In this document: positions 1 to 13,500 of the stretch, in pieces
Layout of the letters: every line of letters starts with the position of its first letter
Position numbering within the stretch: the stretch's first letter is position 1
Assembly: GCA_044892525.1 (NCBI GenBank)
Contig: CM097885.1
Span: 23,376,001-23,440,000, forward strand
From: Schmidtea polychroa
Lineage: Eukaryota
Length of the DNA: 64,000 nt
Direction of reading: 5' to 3'
Made by a program: the position numbers and the translations under genes
Notes under the pieces: model-generated
The model's database searches: none
What the model saw: only the letters and a program-made list of their open reading frames with translations
What the model was told of the DNA's origin: nothing

Positions 1-1170
1 GGGATAATTCCAAAAATAGTAACAATCAAAATTTGCACTTTTAAAAACAGAAAATTTTATTGACTTTAACAGAACAGTGTGTATTGACATTCAAAATGGG
101 GTGTCAACAGGGATTTCATATATAAATCGACTGATTTCTCAGTCAAATCACCCAAAAATTCGAGCTTCTAAGAAGAGTTGCAAATTCAGAAATTGATATT
201 GCAATATAATTTAGAGCATACATATTTTATACATCCGAGCTCAGGAAGCTGCAAGCATTTACATACACACACGCATATATATACAATACAAATTGAAATA
301 TATTTGAAGTGATTGTTAATTTTATATTTTTAACTTTATTTGTAATCGTTATAATCAAATACATTTTATTGAACCAGTGTTTGTGTTCTTATAAATATAG
401 GAACCATCAAGTTGAGATTTGAGAACCTCAACACAAGTAAGCAGGAGGCTTACCCAAATCGAAAACATGGCAAGTGGTTCACGAGACAAAAAAGTTTGTG
501 AACATCTGGTTTAAATAGTGAAAAATAATGATGATATAAAATCTTATGTATCTAAATAAATTTTGTTGACTTCAGAAAATAATATTTGCAGCTCGTTATT
601 TAACTTATTTACCTTAATATACTTTAATTATAATCCAAGTAAATATGAATAAAGTTTTCAGTAAGATTAGAAAACTTTACAAAAATTTTAAAAAATTTTA
701 GTAACAATTATAATATTTGATATAATATTTAAAATAATAATATAATATTTAAAATAATGTTATTTATTTATTAAAAGTTAGCTTTTTAACCAATTTAATA
801 AAAAAAAATTTATCTCAGGACAAAAAGTAATGAAATAAAAATAATTCAATATATTTTTATAATTTATATTGGAAATTTTGATTGTTCCTAAATTCTTTTT
901 AAATTTTCGTTTCTAATCAAACGTTAAAATCGGATCCGTATCAATATAAGACGCCCATTAATGTTGACTCTTGATGTCAAAATATTGTTTTAATAAATCA
1001 TCACTGGCGATCAAAGAGAATTTTGAGTTTTTTCTTGCCAAAATATTTCAGAAAACAATAGAAAAACAAAACAAAACTTTCAGCACAGTAATTGTTGAGA
1101 ATTGTTAATATTTGTTTAAATAGCTGAGATTCTTTTTTGTAAAATATGTATTTACTTTTTATTTTGACAG

Positions 1171-1467
1171 GTGTGTTGAAATCCATTCTTGCTAATAAGA
1201 AAACGAGACTGTGGAAAGGAATTCTAAATCAAATTAGAAACCAGGATTCCTTAGCACGGAGAATATGTGAAAAATCAATTAGAACACTGAAAGAACAAAC
1301 ACCAGTTTATTATAACAGTAAACTTTTTAATTTAATTTTTTCATTTTTGCTTGGTAAATTTGATTTAGTTAGTATTAAGTAAGAGGATAAAATATTTACA
1401 ATTTTAATGTTAAGAAATAAATATTTTAAAAAATTTTATAATTTTTTACAATATTTTAAAATATGAC

Positions 1468-1561
<94 letters not shown>

Positions 1562-4500
1562 TTTATTTTTATTTTATTATATAATTAGAATTATATAGAA
1601 ACAAAATTGCATTTATAATTATTTGAATTGTAAAATAATTAATAGATTTAAAGTATTGTGTAATGTATTATTTACTTAAAAATTAGAATGTACACTTTAA
1701 ACATTAGTTTCTTCGAATATTAAAACTATGATTACATCATATATGACATTTCAAAATAGATTGAAATTAGCTGGCTTCATAAAATAGGCTTGAGTGAGAA
1801 AAATTTGAATTAATTTGAATAATTACATAGAAATATCGTCAGTACGGGCCCCTTTTGCAACTACAAACTGGTATATTTTTTAAAAAGCATTTGTTTTAGT
1901 TATCCTATTTATTACATATGAAATTCCATGATACATATAAACTTAAACTATCATAAACTTAGATTTTTAAAATAATTTAATTATATAAAAATACTTTACT
2001 TGCATTTTTACTTGCAAATTTATTAATAACATCTGATAGTTGATATGTCTTGCTATTTTTGATTCTATATTAAGAATAGCCAAGTCATTTAATCTGAGTT
2101 GGGGTTCGCATCATTAAAAAGTGTAAAAATTATAAAGCCGTTAATTTTGTTTTATTGAAAACCGTTTTCAGAAACGGCAACTTTTAAATATCTGGTAAGA
2201 TATTTTAGTAAAACTTAAAAGATGAAAATAGACATAAGTTTCAAAACTTGTAAAAAAAGTATTTATCTGAAATTGAAATTTTGAAGCCAAATATGATTAT
2301 ATCATCAGCAGCATCTTCTTTATCCATTTCAACATCTTCAACTCCCGTTTCATTGACAGCATCCAATATATCACTGTCCTGCTTTATTTCACAAGTGGCC
2401 AAATTATCATCAAAACTTCTCTGCTCCTCTAAATTTTCATATTCTGGTAATAGTTCACCAAACAAACAAAAATTACAATCAAATTGAACAGCTTCATTTA
2501 ACTTTTCCTTTACTTTGCTTTGTAATTCTTCTATCAAAAACTCATATTTGTCTCGGAAATTCCATTTCCATTATTGATTCTATAAAAAGTACTTTCGCAA
2601 ATTTGATATCGCTCCCATATTATTTCAACTGGCACCTTGTTTATTATTTCTCGATAATCTTTTATTTCATCTTCTAACGTTCTACTTCTCTTTCTACTGC
2701 TTATTAAGATTCATATTTCTTCTTAAAATAAATCATATTTATTAATATATGCGAGGTATGATCAAATAATATGGTGAATGAATTTTTACAGCAGCAACTG
2801 CCGACACTACATACATTTGATATAATTTGTCAGATAGCATGATCCGTTGAAACGGGGGCGTCAAGTTTGCACACGTTGTGACTTGTCAATCAGCTGCCAG
2901 ACCCGCTAAAGTGAAATTGTGTTTACCGTGTCTGTCGCGCATCATGAATTTCCAATAACGCATTAACATTAAGTTTTGTTTTAAGCTGCAAAAGAGTGCT
3001 AAAGAAGCTCATGAAATGTTAAAATTGGTGTGTCAGTTTGTACTGAGTAAAAGCATCGTCTTCATGCATATCCGGACTTCGTGGCCAAAATTGTAACTGG
3101 ATATGAAAGTTGGTTCTATGGTTATAACCCTGAGACGAAAATACAAAGTTCTCAATGGAAATCTCCTGACTCTCCTCGTTCTAAAAAGCGACATCAGTAA
3201 CAATCGAGCATCAAGGTCATGCTCATTGTTTGTTTCGATAATGACGGCATAGTGCGATCAGAGTTCGTTTAAAGGGGAACAGTGGTAAACTCAGAATTTA
3301 ACAAAGGCGTACTGCAACTCAGTAAAAATCATTTAAGAAGGGCTGTGCTGAAAATTCGTAAATATCAAAAAACATCGATATCTTTACTGATTCATAGTCA
3401 AATTTGTTTAATAAATACAATATTCTATATAACAAAATTGTTAGTTTTGTGTCATTGTAATTTATTTTACAATTTTGTCAGTATTATAAAACTTTGGAGA
3501 CATGTAATTTATTAATATCAAAACTGATTATCCCTCTGGATTATGTAATTATATTGTAAGTATCTTGACCACGATACGCACATGCATCAACAATACACCT
3601 TTGATTTTCAGACATACATTACATAATAATCAGACATACAAATTCAACATGCAATAATATTATTTTAAACTGGTATTATTTACAGTTATCCTACATCCCT
3701 CACGTTTTAAAATATTTCATCCATTCCAGATTTATAATTTTCCATTTCCTATCATGCAATTTCTCTCATGCAACTTCTTTATTATTTTACCTGGACCCTC
3801 AAATCTGTCTTCATTTTTATTTGCCACAAGTTTTTTTACCAATGCAACATCCCCGACATTGAAAATTTGATTTGCTCTTTCTTCAATGAAATATAACTCA
3901 TTTTCTTTATTTTCTTGTATTCGCGTTAGTAACTCTAATTTTTCTGATTTACGTTTTCCATTAATAATTGTAGTTCACATGGTTCGTCATTATCATACCG
4001 TTCGCTGGCAATCTTTTTCCCACAAATAATTTGTGCTGGGCTCAACTGAGTAATTTTCTGAATTGTCCCATTCAACATAAAATCAACTTCAGGAAGTATT
4101 TCGACCCAATCTTTACCCGTTCTTTCTTTTAAGGAAATTTGGATGGCATCTCTAATAGTTCTAAATTGTCGTTCAATTTATCCATTAGCTGAATGACGAT
4201 AACGACTTGAATATACTAAATTAATCCCATGTTTCTCTGCAAATGCTTTTAATAAACCTGACTCAAATACTTTTCTTCTACCACAAAGAATACTCCTTGG
4301 AGCAAAAAATTTCAAAATCCATTTTTCGTTAATAATTGTTGCAACTGTCTTTTCATCTTGCTCAGAGACTGCACATAAAGAAATATAATTGCTAAATTGG
4401 TCTATTATTGTCAAAATATACTTTTTCCCACTCCTAGCAATTTTCATTTGGCCACAAAAGTCAATGAAAATTGATTCAAATAAATAAACTTCTGTTGGTT

Positions 4501-7500
4501 TAATTAATTTATCTGTTGTTCGTGTAGATATAGCCTTTCTTTTTTACAATTTTCACACGATCCGACTACTTCTTTAATAAATTCTAGTCTGTTTCTCATG
4601 TCAAATTTCCTAGAAATAGATTAGTGGACTTTATTTACTCCAGCATGACACAAAATGTTATGGGTGTACAAAACAAATTCTTCTTTTCTTTCGTCTGGAA
4701 TCCATATTTTACCTTTAGTTGAATGAATAATGTCATCTATAAATTTTGTTGCTTTTCCAATTAGTATATCGCTCTTGATTTTGAATACGAACTTCCAGAT
4801 GGACAGACTATGACGATTGGAAATGAAAGATTCCGTTGTCCTGAATAAATGTTTCAACCATCTTTCTTGGGAACGGAATTCGAAAGGATTTATATATGAT
4901 GAAAATGAGGAATTAACAATAATTATTATTATTATTTTAAACGGGTTTTAATTATCACAAATAAGCTTTACGGTTTTAAATTTAATTTTAGTTGACAAGA
5001 TACTCTCAGTCATTTTGAAACGTTAAAAACTTGATCCCTATAGATCAGGGATATTCAACTGGCGGCCCGCGGGCCTGATCAGGCCCGCCGAAATTTGAAA
5101 AAGGCCCTTTCAATATCTTGGAATAATACACATATATAAAAATATTTGGTGATATCTGCATAAAAACGCACAGATACTTTTTTTTATGTATAATATTTGA
5201 CCTTAAGGCGTATTAAAATAGATCAGCTAATATGGGTTTGTTGTTTTTTAAAAAATATATTTAAGCTATATACATTTCTTGCTTACCCCATAATTTTTGA
5301 ATGCAGATTCGCATCGATTTGAAATAGGAAATAGTTTGAATAGGAAACGGGGTTTACTTAATATTTAATAAAATTAATATGTGTTTAAGTGGCTGTGATC
5401 ATTTAAATTTCTTGGAAAATGCGTCTAACACCAGAAAAATTAAAAGAAAAAATGGCAATAAAGTTATTAATTTAAAATGCGCCAGGAAAATACATAATAA
5501 TATAAAAATAAATGGTAAACATTATAATACTTGGTAATAGAATAACAATCACTAAAACCAGTTTATTTTTGTTACTTTGTAATCCGCTACAAAACAACTA
5601 CTTTTTAATTGATACGGCCCTCGATTGCCGTTTTAAGAAAAATTTGGCCCTTCATAGTATTTAGTTGAATACCCATGCACTAGATTGAATTTAAAATTTA
5701 CTGTAAATTTAAAAATACTCAAATGATAATAATAAGTAAAAATAATTAACAAACCACTTTTAGTTGAAATTAAATTTCTATTTTGCGTTTAGAAAATGAA
5801 TGAAGGAGCTAACAGTTTCTTAATGGTAGATCTTTCAAACTGACAACTATAGATTTTAAACAATTAAATGTTAATTTAAGCTTTTTGTGGCGAAGTATAT
5901 ATTTAATAAAATGAATGAATTTTCAACATTAAAAATAGCCCTTTTCAATTTCACAGCAAAAGGCTTAAATTATCATTTAATTGATTAGCATATAATTAAT
6001 GCTGCTACAAAGAAATCATCACTTTATTCTGAGAGCTATAAAAATAGTAGAATCTATTAACAATTCAGCATCAGTGAGGTAAGTAGGAGTCTCTCTGAAA
6101 GTATAATTAGGAATTGGTTTAAAAAGATGACAGAATTACAATTAATTTTAACGAGCAAAGAGGCTTGCAGAGTGTTATCGTCCACGAATCCCGAACTGAT
6201 GTCAGCCTTATTTGACTGGGTCATGGATCATATAAAATATGGATATACAGTATCATGTATATCTGTTCGACTTTAAGCACTGAGAATGAAAAGATTGGGG
6301 GCTCCAGATATATGAACCGCACTGGGCGCAATAATGCCTTAAATCGTGATTTTAAATGTCGTTGTTTTGTCTGCGAGGTTTTTAACAGTACAGTTGTGAG
6401 CGCGCGGATATAAATGTATATCGTCTAGAAGTCTTAGATTTTAATAGAAATTATTTTAATAATTTAATTGTTTTGTACCACAATTTTGCTATTTCATTGA
6501 ATTGTCTGATGATTTTAACAAAATTTCCATTTTAATAAATTGAAAATTATTTGAAATTAAGAATTATGGCCTATGATTTCTGATGGATTCTGGAAAGGAA
6601 GTCTTCCTTCGAGAAATATTGATGTAGGTATTTTGGATAGATATATAATACTGTCAGAAACATATGGTGAAAAGTTTGGAGATGATTGCATGTCTTTACT
6701 AATGGGAACATCTGGGTATGGGTATTCAAATTTGATCTATTGAATGAAAATGACTTCGATATTAATATAAAATATATATTTTTTATCAGAAACAACAAAT
6801 GCACCATTTCTCTGAAATGCTGGAAAACGATGACGGCTCATGGATTTTCAAATTATTCTTTGACTCATCAAGTTTTCTATTTTTTAATTGGAATTGAGGT
6901 TAGTAATTCTAATAGTATCATGCCTTATTTCTTTGTATGTCAAATTGTAAATAAAAGGATATCCAGGACAAAATATATAAATTACAAATATTGTTTTAGA
7001 AAGCACCATTCAAACATTCGATATATTACGATATATTTCGATAGCCTGACTGTCATTGTCAGATAAGATAAAAAACTATAGAAGAATCAAACAAATTATA
7101 AATTTATTCTTATTATAAATTTGTATTAAAACATAAATAATTTTTTTTATAATTTATTAATTATTTTTATATAAGTATAAAGTGATGATTTCTTGGTAGC
7201 AGCATTTATTATTTAAAACAATAAAATGATAATTTAAGCCTTTTTCATTAAATACATTATTTGCAGCAAAATGCTTAAATTATCATTTTATTGTATTTTA
7301 TATAAAATTTAAAAACTTATTAAGTTTTTAAATTTATATTTTTAATTTATGCTCAAAATAATTTTAATATTAATAAAGGCTTAATATTATTGGCAGACAA
7401 ATAAAATTGAAATCTGAACCAAAATAAATGAAATATGCACCAAATTTAATTGAACTGAACCAATATTTTATTTGAAAATGAACCAAATATAATACCATTT

Positions 7501-10500
7501 GAACCATATTATGGATACACCAAATCGAAGAAATGCTGAACCAATTTAAATTGTTTAGCACCAAATTTAGGTTTAAATGCACTCACAATTAAATAATAAT
7601 TTATTTATTTCAATTCAATTTCTGAATTATGTAAAAGTCATGTAGTCACTGTCGAATCTGAGCTGGTTTGGCCCTGTGTGGCCTTCTTCGTTTTCTTTTT
7701 GTTGGGATTGATGTGGTTTTTGCAGTAGATGGAGCATCAACAAAATTAAGGCGAATAGCGAGTCCAAGTGTGTGTCTGCAGAAATACTGCTTCTGATGGA
7801 TTTACTATTTTCACCTGTGGGATTTCTTGCTTTTGACCAATCTTTGGTCAATTGCAAAATCACAAAAAAATATCCCCCAAATGGTAGTCGTTCATTAAAG
7901 GTGTTTTCAACTTTTATTGTTCTGTTGACAGCTTCAAGTCCATTGTTAGTAGATAGCATTCTAGGAGCAGTGCCCTTTAACCAGTTGACTTCAGTTTTTA
8001 ATGATGTAATTGCAAAAGCTGGAAGCTCCGTTGTATGGACCTTTAGACCATATCTTGAAGAATAATCTGGATGCATGAATGAAATTTTCACAACTGAATG
8101 CTATCTGTATAATCTCAATGTCAAGGCGAACTTGCATGCGAACTTGCAATGTCTTCAATCATAAACAATTGTTGTCTACATTCATAATGCAGTGTGCCCA
8201 ACCCATGAGCCGTAAGGGTTCTTCACCAAAAGGAGAGACAAAGCCATTGGTGATGGATGGTGCGGCATCAGCGAGGAGAAGTTTTGGCTGAAAGTTGTTG
8301 TACCAGAAATTAAAACTGGAAAACCTTGCCATATTAACTTGTCAAATTTTGCAAGTTCTGGAAGACTGATAAGTACAGGGACGTAGCTAAGGGGCATAGG
8401 AAGCATTTGCCCCCTCCCCCAAAGTAAATTTTCACTTTGTGCGCGTTACGTTAAAGAAAATAACGTTTATGTAAAATTCTTATAATTTATTTCCGCAATT
8501 TCTACAACTGGGAAAAATTTAGCTAACACAGTTATAACTAGTTTAGAAAAATATTGTTTAGATTTACTAAAACTGCGAGGACAAATATATGATGGAGCAG
8601 CTTCCATGAGCCGGAAAAATGTAAAAAATGTGAAAACGTGTGTTCTGCACTATTTAGAGACGCAAATTTATTGGCTAATAAAGTATCTGAAACAGACATT
8701 CATGTACCACGAGTGTCAAAGAGATAAATGCATCAATGCAATGTTCCAACTACAAAAGCAGGAGAATATGTTCGCATTTCATGTTATATACCTTTTTTAG
8801 ATCAAACAATTAGTCAAATGAATGATAGATTTATAACTCACAAACATATATTAAAATAATTTTCTTGCCTTATTCATTCGGATGCCAAGCTAAAGAAAAT
8901 GGACGAAGACCTAATAACCTAATTGATTTCTATCAAAAAGACATTGATTGTAACAAAAAAACTCTTAAAAATGAGTTTAAGCTGTGGTACAAAAAATTTG
9001 AAGAAATTAAATTCAAACCGACTACTGCTGTAGCTACATTAGCAATATGTGATCCAATATTTTATAAAAATATTTATATCCTTCTCACAATATTTGCTAC
9101 TTTGCCGGTATCGACTTGTACAACAGAGCGTTCTTTTTCATCACTTAAATGCCTGAAGTCATATTTAAGAAACACCATAGATGAAAAAAGGTTAAACGGT
9201 TTGGCTTTGTTATATATTCATCAAGATATTAAAATAAGTCCGGATGAAATACTTTCTGAATTAATGAAGGGACAAAAATGAATTTATATTATATTGTAAT
9301 AAATTCTATGTAATATATAAGGTTTCGAAAGCCGGGTTTTAAACGGAAAACCCGATTTTAGTTAACATCTTAATTTGTGAAAATAAGTAAATTACTTAAT
9401 CGATGAAGTTTACATTTATACAAAATATCAATTGAAGATTGCTTGAAAAATTTTTAATAATAAGTTTGGAGGAATTAAAAAGACATTTGTTTGTTCAAAG
9501 TAAATATTTAGGAAGTTATATGTTTGGAGGTATGGGATAATTTCAAAAAGATTGGAAAGGACAAGGCATGCTGCAATCAAAAAAAATGTTGAGCTTCAAA
9601 GGATCATCTATGAGTAATCTCCACAATCATATAAAAGTAATTCATCAAATAATACTGCACAAGAAATCAGAAACGAATCAAACGATCGATAAACAAGAAA
9701 CACCTGGACCCTGCTCCTGCCCACAAAAACAAACCAGTATTTTTAATTTTGTGAAAAGTAGCAGTTTGGAAGAAATAATAGGAAAACTTGCTGCAAATGA
9801 TGGAATGTTTATTAATAACATCACAACAAACTCATTTATACGAGTCTTTACAACAAAGGGATATTCATTACCAAAAACAACTGCCGAGTAATGAATCTCA
9901 TTTATACGTTTTATGAATATGCCAAAAGTGAAACAATAAATGAATTTGATTGTATTAAGCAAAATGGGGAAAACTTTTCTATAACTTTAGATGAGTGGAC
10001 TACCAAAAGAAATACAGTATTTTAGCGATTATAGTGCGCACTTTTTTTTGTGTATTTTTTTCTAAAATACCGATGCGCATTATATAAGACAGGTCAAAAT
10101 TATGCGAATTCGGATCCCGAGGTAGAGGAAAATAAATTGGAAATAAGTTCAAGTGAGGAATCTGAAGGTTTATGGGTTTTTACGAAAAAAATACACAAAA
10201 AAAAGTGCGCACTATAAATGCTAAAATACGGTAACAGATATTTGAATATCAATGTACACCATTTAGCGGAAGATTTTAATTTGGGATTAGTTCCAATAGC
10301 TAGTTCCTGCGAGGCTAAGAAAACATTAGAATTAGTTTCCGAGAGGCTACAAAATTTGAACTTAGGTCTAGCAACTGACATAGTTGCAGCGACAAATGAT
10401 GATGCCGCTGTTGTGAAAACATTTGGTCAGTTATCACCGATAATTGATCAGCTAAGCTATTCACACACCATACACTTAGCAGTTACTAATGTGTTATATA

Positions 10501-13500
10501 AAAATAAAGAAATTGCTGAACTCGACCTACAATCATTGAGCTTGTTAAAATATTGGGATCAATGCGTCTAGCAGCTGAGACCTTAGGGAGGTGAGATTCC
10601 AATTTATTAACAAGTGAAGGCATATTTGAATTTTTATTAAATGAAATAAAAAATTTAAAGACTGATATTAGTTCCAAATTTTTAAATGCTTTACTAATTC
10701 TAATTAATGAAAGAAGAAAAGTTGGATTGATATCCCTTTTAAGATATTTGCAAAATCGAGAAAACCTTTCAGCAAATAAAACTTCGGCTCATGTTGGTAG
10801 TGTACTCCCACAAGCTACAAAAATTGAATATTATTAAGTTATCTGAAAAAAATATTGTTCAGAATATATCCAAATTCTTCTGATTCTGAAGATGAATATA
10901 TGGGAGGAGGAGACAAAGAAACTTATAATCGGGCAATGACAAGGTTCTAAAAGGAGCCATGGAAAAATCAATTCATAAGTTTCTTGAAGAACCTAAAGAA
11001 ATAATATCAAATGCGAAGACACTGAAAGCTGAATTTTCAAAATATGAGGCAACCAACAAAAGAACAAGGAATTTAGATTTATTATTTGATGCTCTGAAAA
11101 CCATTAAACCAATTTCAATAGCCAGTGAAAGAGTATTTTCTAATTCAGGGAATATTGTCTCCAAAATAAGAATGAGATTAAGTAATCGTTTAGTGGACAG
11201 TTTATGTTTTTTGAAATCATATTTTCTGAAGAAAAATACTAAATGAAATAAAAATTTATAATTTCTTTTTGTATGGAATACAGATTTTGATTAGACCGAT
11301 TTTAGTTTTTTATTTGCCATAATTATTTATTTTGTCCTTTCTAGTTCCGTAAATATTAAATAAATTGCAAAAAATGGTTTTTTAGTTTTTAAATAAATGT
11401 ATAATTTTTTGAAGAAAAATTCGAAAACCGGTTTTGTCAAAAGTCGGTTTTTGTATAAACCCTAGTAATAATTAATAATAAATTTGTTAATTATCTTTAA
11501 ATGTTTTTTCTATTTTTCCGTGTCAACTTTTAACATTGCTCGATGAATTGCAATAATTAATAATGTTGCCCCCAAGCTGAAATCCTGGCTACGTCCCTGG
11601 ACAAGTATAATATCACAACACTAATAAAACTAATATTGTTATCCTGGACCTTTGAAGATTTCTTGATTGTCTCAGACGTTTTTCTCACTCATAGTTATAG
11701 AATTGTAACATATTTTCGATTCATTTGACTAAACCCAGCTGCAACACACGATGGCGAGAAAATGAACAAAATGTGATACAAATTTTTTCCAATTTTTAAT
11801 TTATGAGATAAGTTATATATAAATTTTATATTATCATTATCATTATTTCGCTATCGCCTGCTGCAATACGCTCTTGGTTTTGATCAGATGAGTTGCATTT
11901 CATGGAAGCTTAATTTATTCTATATTTTATAAATAAATTAAGCATATCCATTATATTATATCTATTTTTATTATTTTATCAAATAAATATCAAAACAATT
12001 TGTTTCTATTTTTGTTGGCGGTCACAATCAAATCACAATTAAATCAAAATATTGGGGTATTTAAAAGTAATATTTTAAATTTTTAAGAATTTTAAAAATT
12101 ATTATAATTTATTTAATAGTTATTTTTAAATATAATAACTGTACTTATAATGTTAAATCGCTTAAGATATATTTTTTATAAAAATAAATTATATTATTAA
12201 AGTTTAAAAATTGAAATATTAATAATGAAATGTAAATTTAAACAAAATATTGGGGTAATTAAAAGCAATATTTTAAATTTTTAGAAATTTTAATAATTAT
12301 TATAATTCATTATATAGTATAAAGTGATGATTTCTTCGTAGCAGCATTTATTATTTAAAACAATAAAGTGATAATTTAAGCCTTTTGTTGCGAATAATCT
12401 ATTTAATGAAAGATTGACAAGGACTATCTTATAGTCGAAAATTTTTTCCTTAAATACTTTATTCGGAGCAAAGGGCTTAAATTATCACTTAATTGTTTAA
12501 AATTCATTATAGTTTTTAAAAATATATAACTGTACGTATAATGTTAAACTGTTTAAGATATTATTCTTAATAAAAATAAATTGTGTTAGCTTTTAACGAA
12601 AAGCGGAGTTATTAAAGTTAACAAAATGAAATATTTTTAATGAAATGTAAATTTAAAAAATATATAATGTAAAAGAGCGAGTGCAACAAGAATATTGAAA
12701 AGATGGCACTTTCAATGAGCGATAACCAAACCATACCGATGATCATGGACCGCCTTTGCAGTAATGTCTGGAGAGAATCTAATTTATTAGTTGCAAATGG
12801 ACTAAATCTGGATTATTCTGATTTATTGATGGAACAAAGTAAGCAAAAATTTTAACAAAATTATTTGTAACAATTGTAAAAATTATAAAAATCTTTCATT
12901 GTTTGATTTTATCGTCAGAATTACAGATAATTCCTATCAAGTTTTGTATAATTCCTATAAATCTTTTATCAAGATCTAGGGGTTTATAAAACTTAATGTA
13001 GTTAACAAAATTTGACTTACTAAAATATAAAAGTTATGTATAAAAGAATTACTTGAGGAAGTAAATAACGAATATGTAAGAATATAATTCCGTGAATATA
13101 TAATCCGAAAGTAAAAGCAAAAAGTGCATCGTGCTAATTGTTTTATTACTTCGAATTTTGTTTTACCTAAAGAAATGTACGGGAACGGAAATTATATTTT
13201 ATTAATTTTATTAATTTTATAATTTTATTATATTTTAATTTTTGGTTCTGAATAGAGTCAAAAAATTACTGTGAATTAAAACAAATTTTAATAAGAAAAA
13301 GTGAATGATTATTGTGAAACCAAATGAAAAATAGGAAAATGTGACTGTAGTATAGCGTTATATTATTTTTTTCTATCGAAATTGTAATTAAGATCCTTAC
13401 TATATTGTTGATATTTTTTTCTGTACAATATATTAAAAAAATAACAAAACTATTTACTATAGTGAATTATCAATAGAAAAATTGCAAATTTAAAAAATCA

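Larger units (their letters stand above)
8376..11599 (+). mobile_element. hAT element (PRKRIR/ZMYM1-type transposase, internally deleted)
   Basis: Perfect 12-bp TIRs CAGGGACGTAGC / GCTACGTCCCTG. TSD GATAAGTA / GACAAGTA (7/8). Transposase pieces LRGQIYDGAASMS and the dimerisation domain IFATLPVSTCTTERSFSSLKCLKSYLRNTIDEKRLNGLALLYIH (8865-9281). Confidence 0.9.
7400..11720 (-). mobile_element. Decayed MULE/Mutator-like transposon (outer element of the nest; ends approximate)
   Basis: Minus-strand pieces KLIWQGFPVLISGTT, LLADAAPSITNGF..FG...RLMGWAH..NV and NWLKGTAPRMLSTNNGLEAVNRTIKVENTFNERLP match MULE motifs. GAACCAAAT/GCACCAAAT subterminal-type repeats at 7405-7570. Interrupted by the hAT at 8376. 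Confidence 0.7.

Noticed and set aside
7772..10677. Antisense ORFs over transposases and exons (7772, 9678, 10100, 10486; also 33781, 33870, 40510, 61447-61738)
   Set aside because: Shadow frames of real coding sequence on the other strand, with no independent motifs.
11721..11890. Degenerate inverted repeat near the right side of the MULE
   Set aside because: Low identity; cannot tell a separate old MITE from a MULE terminus.
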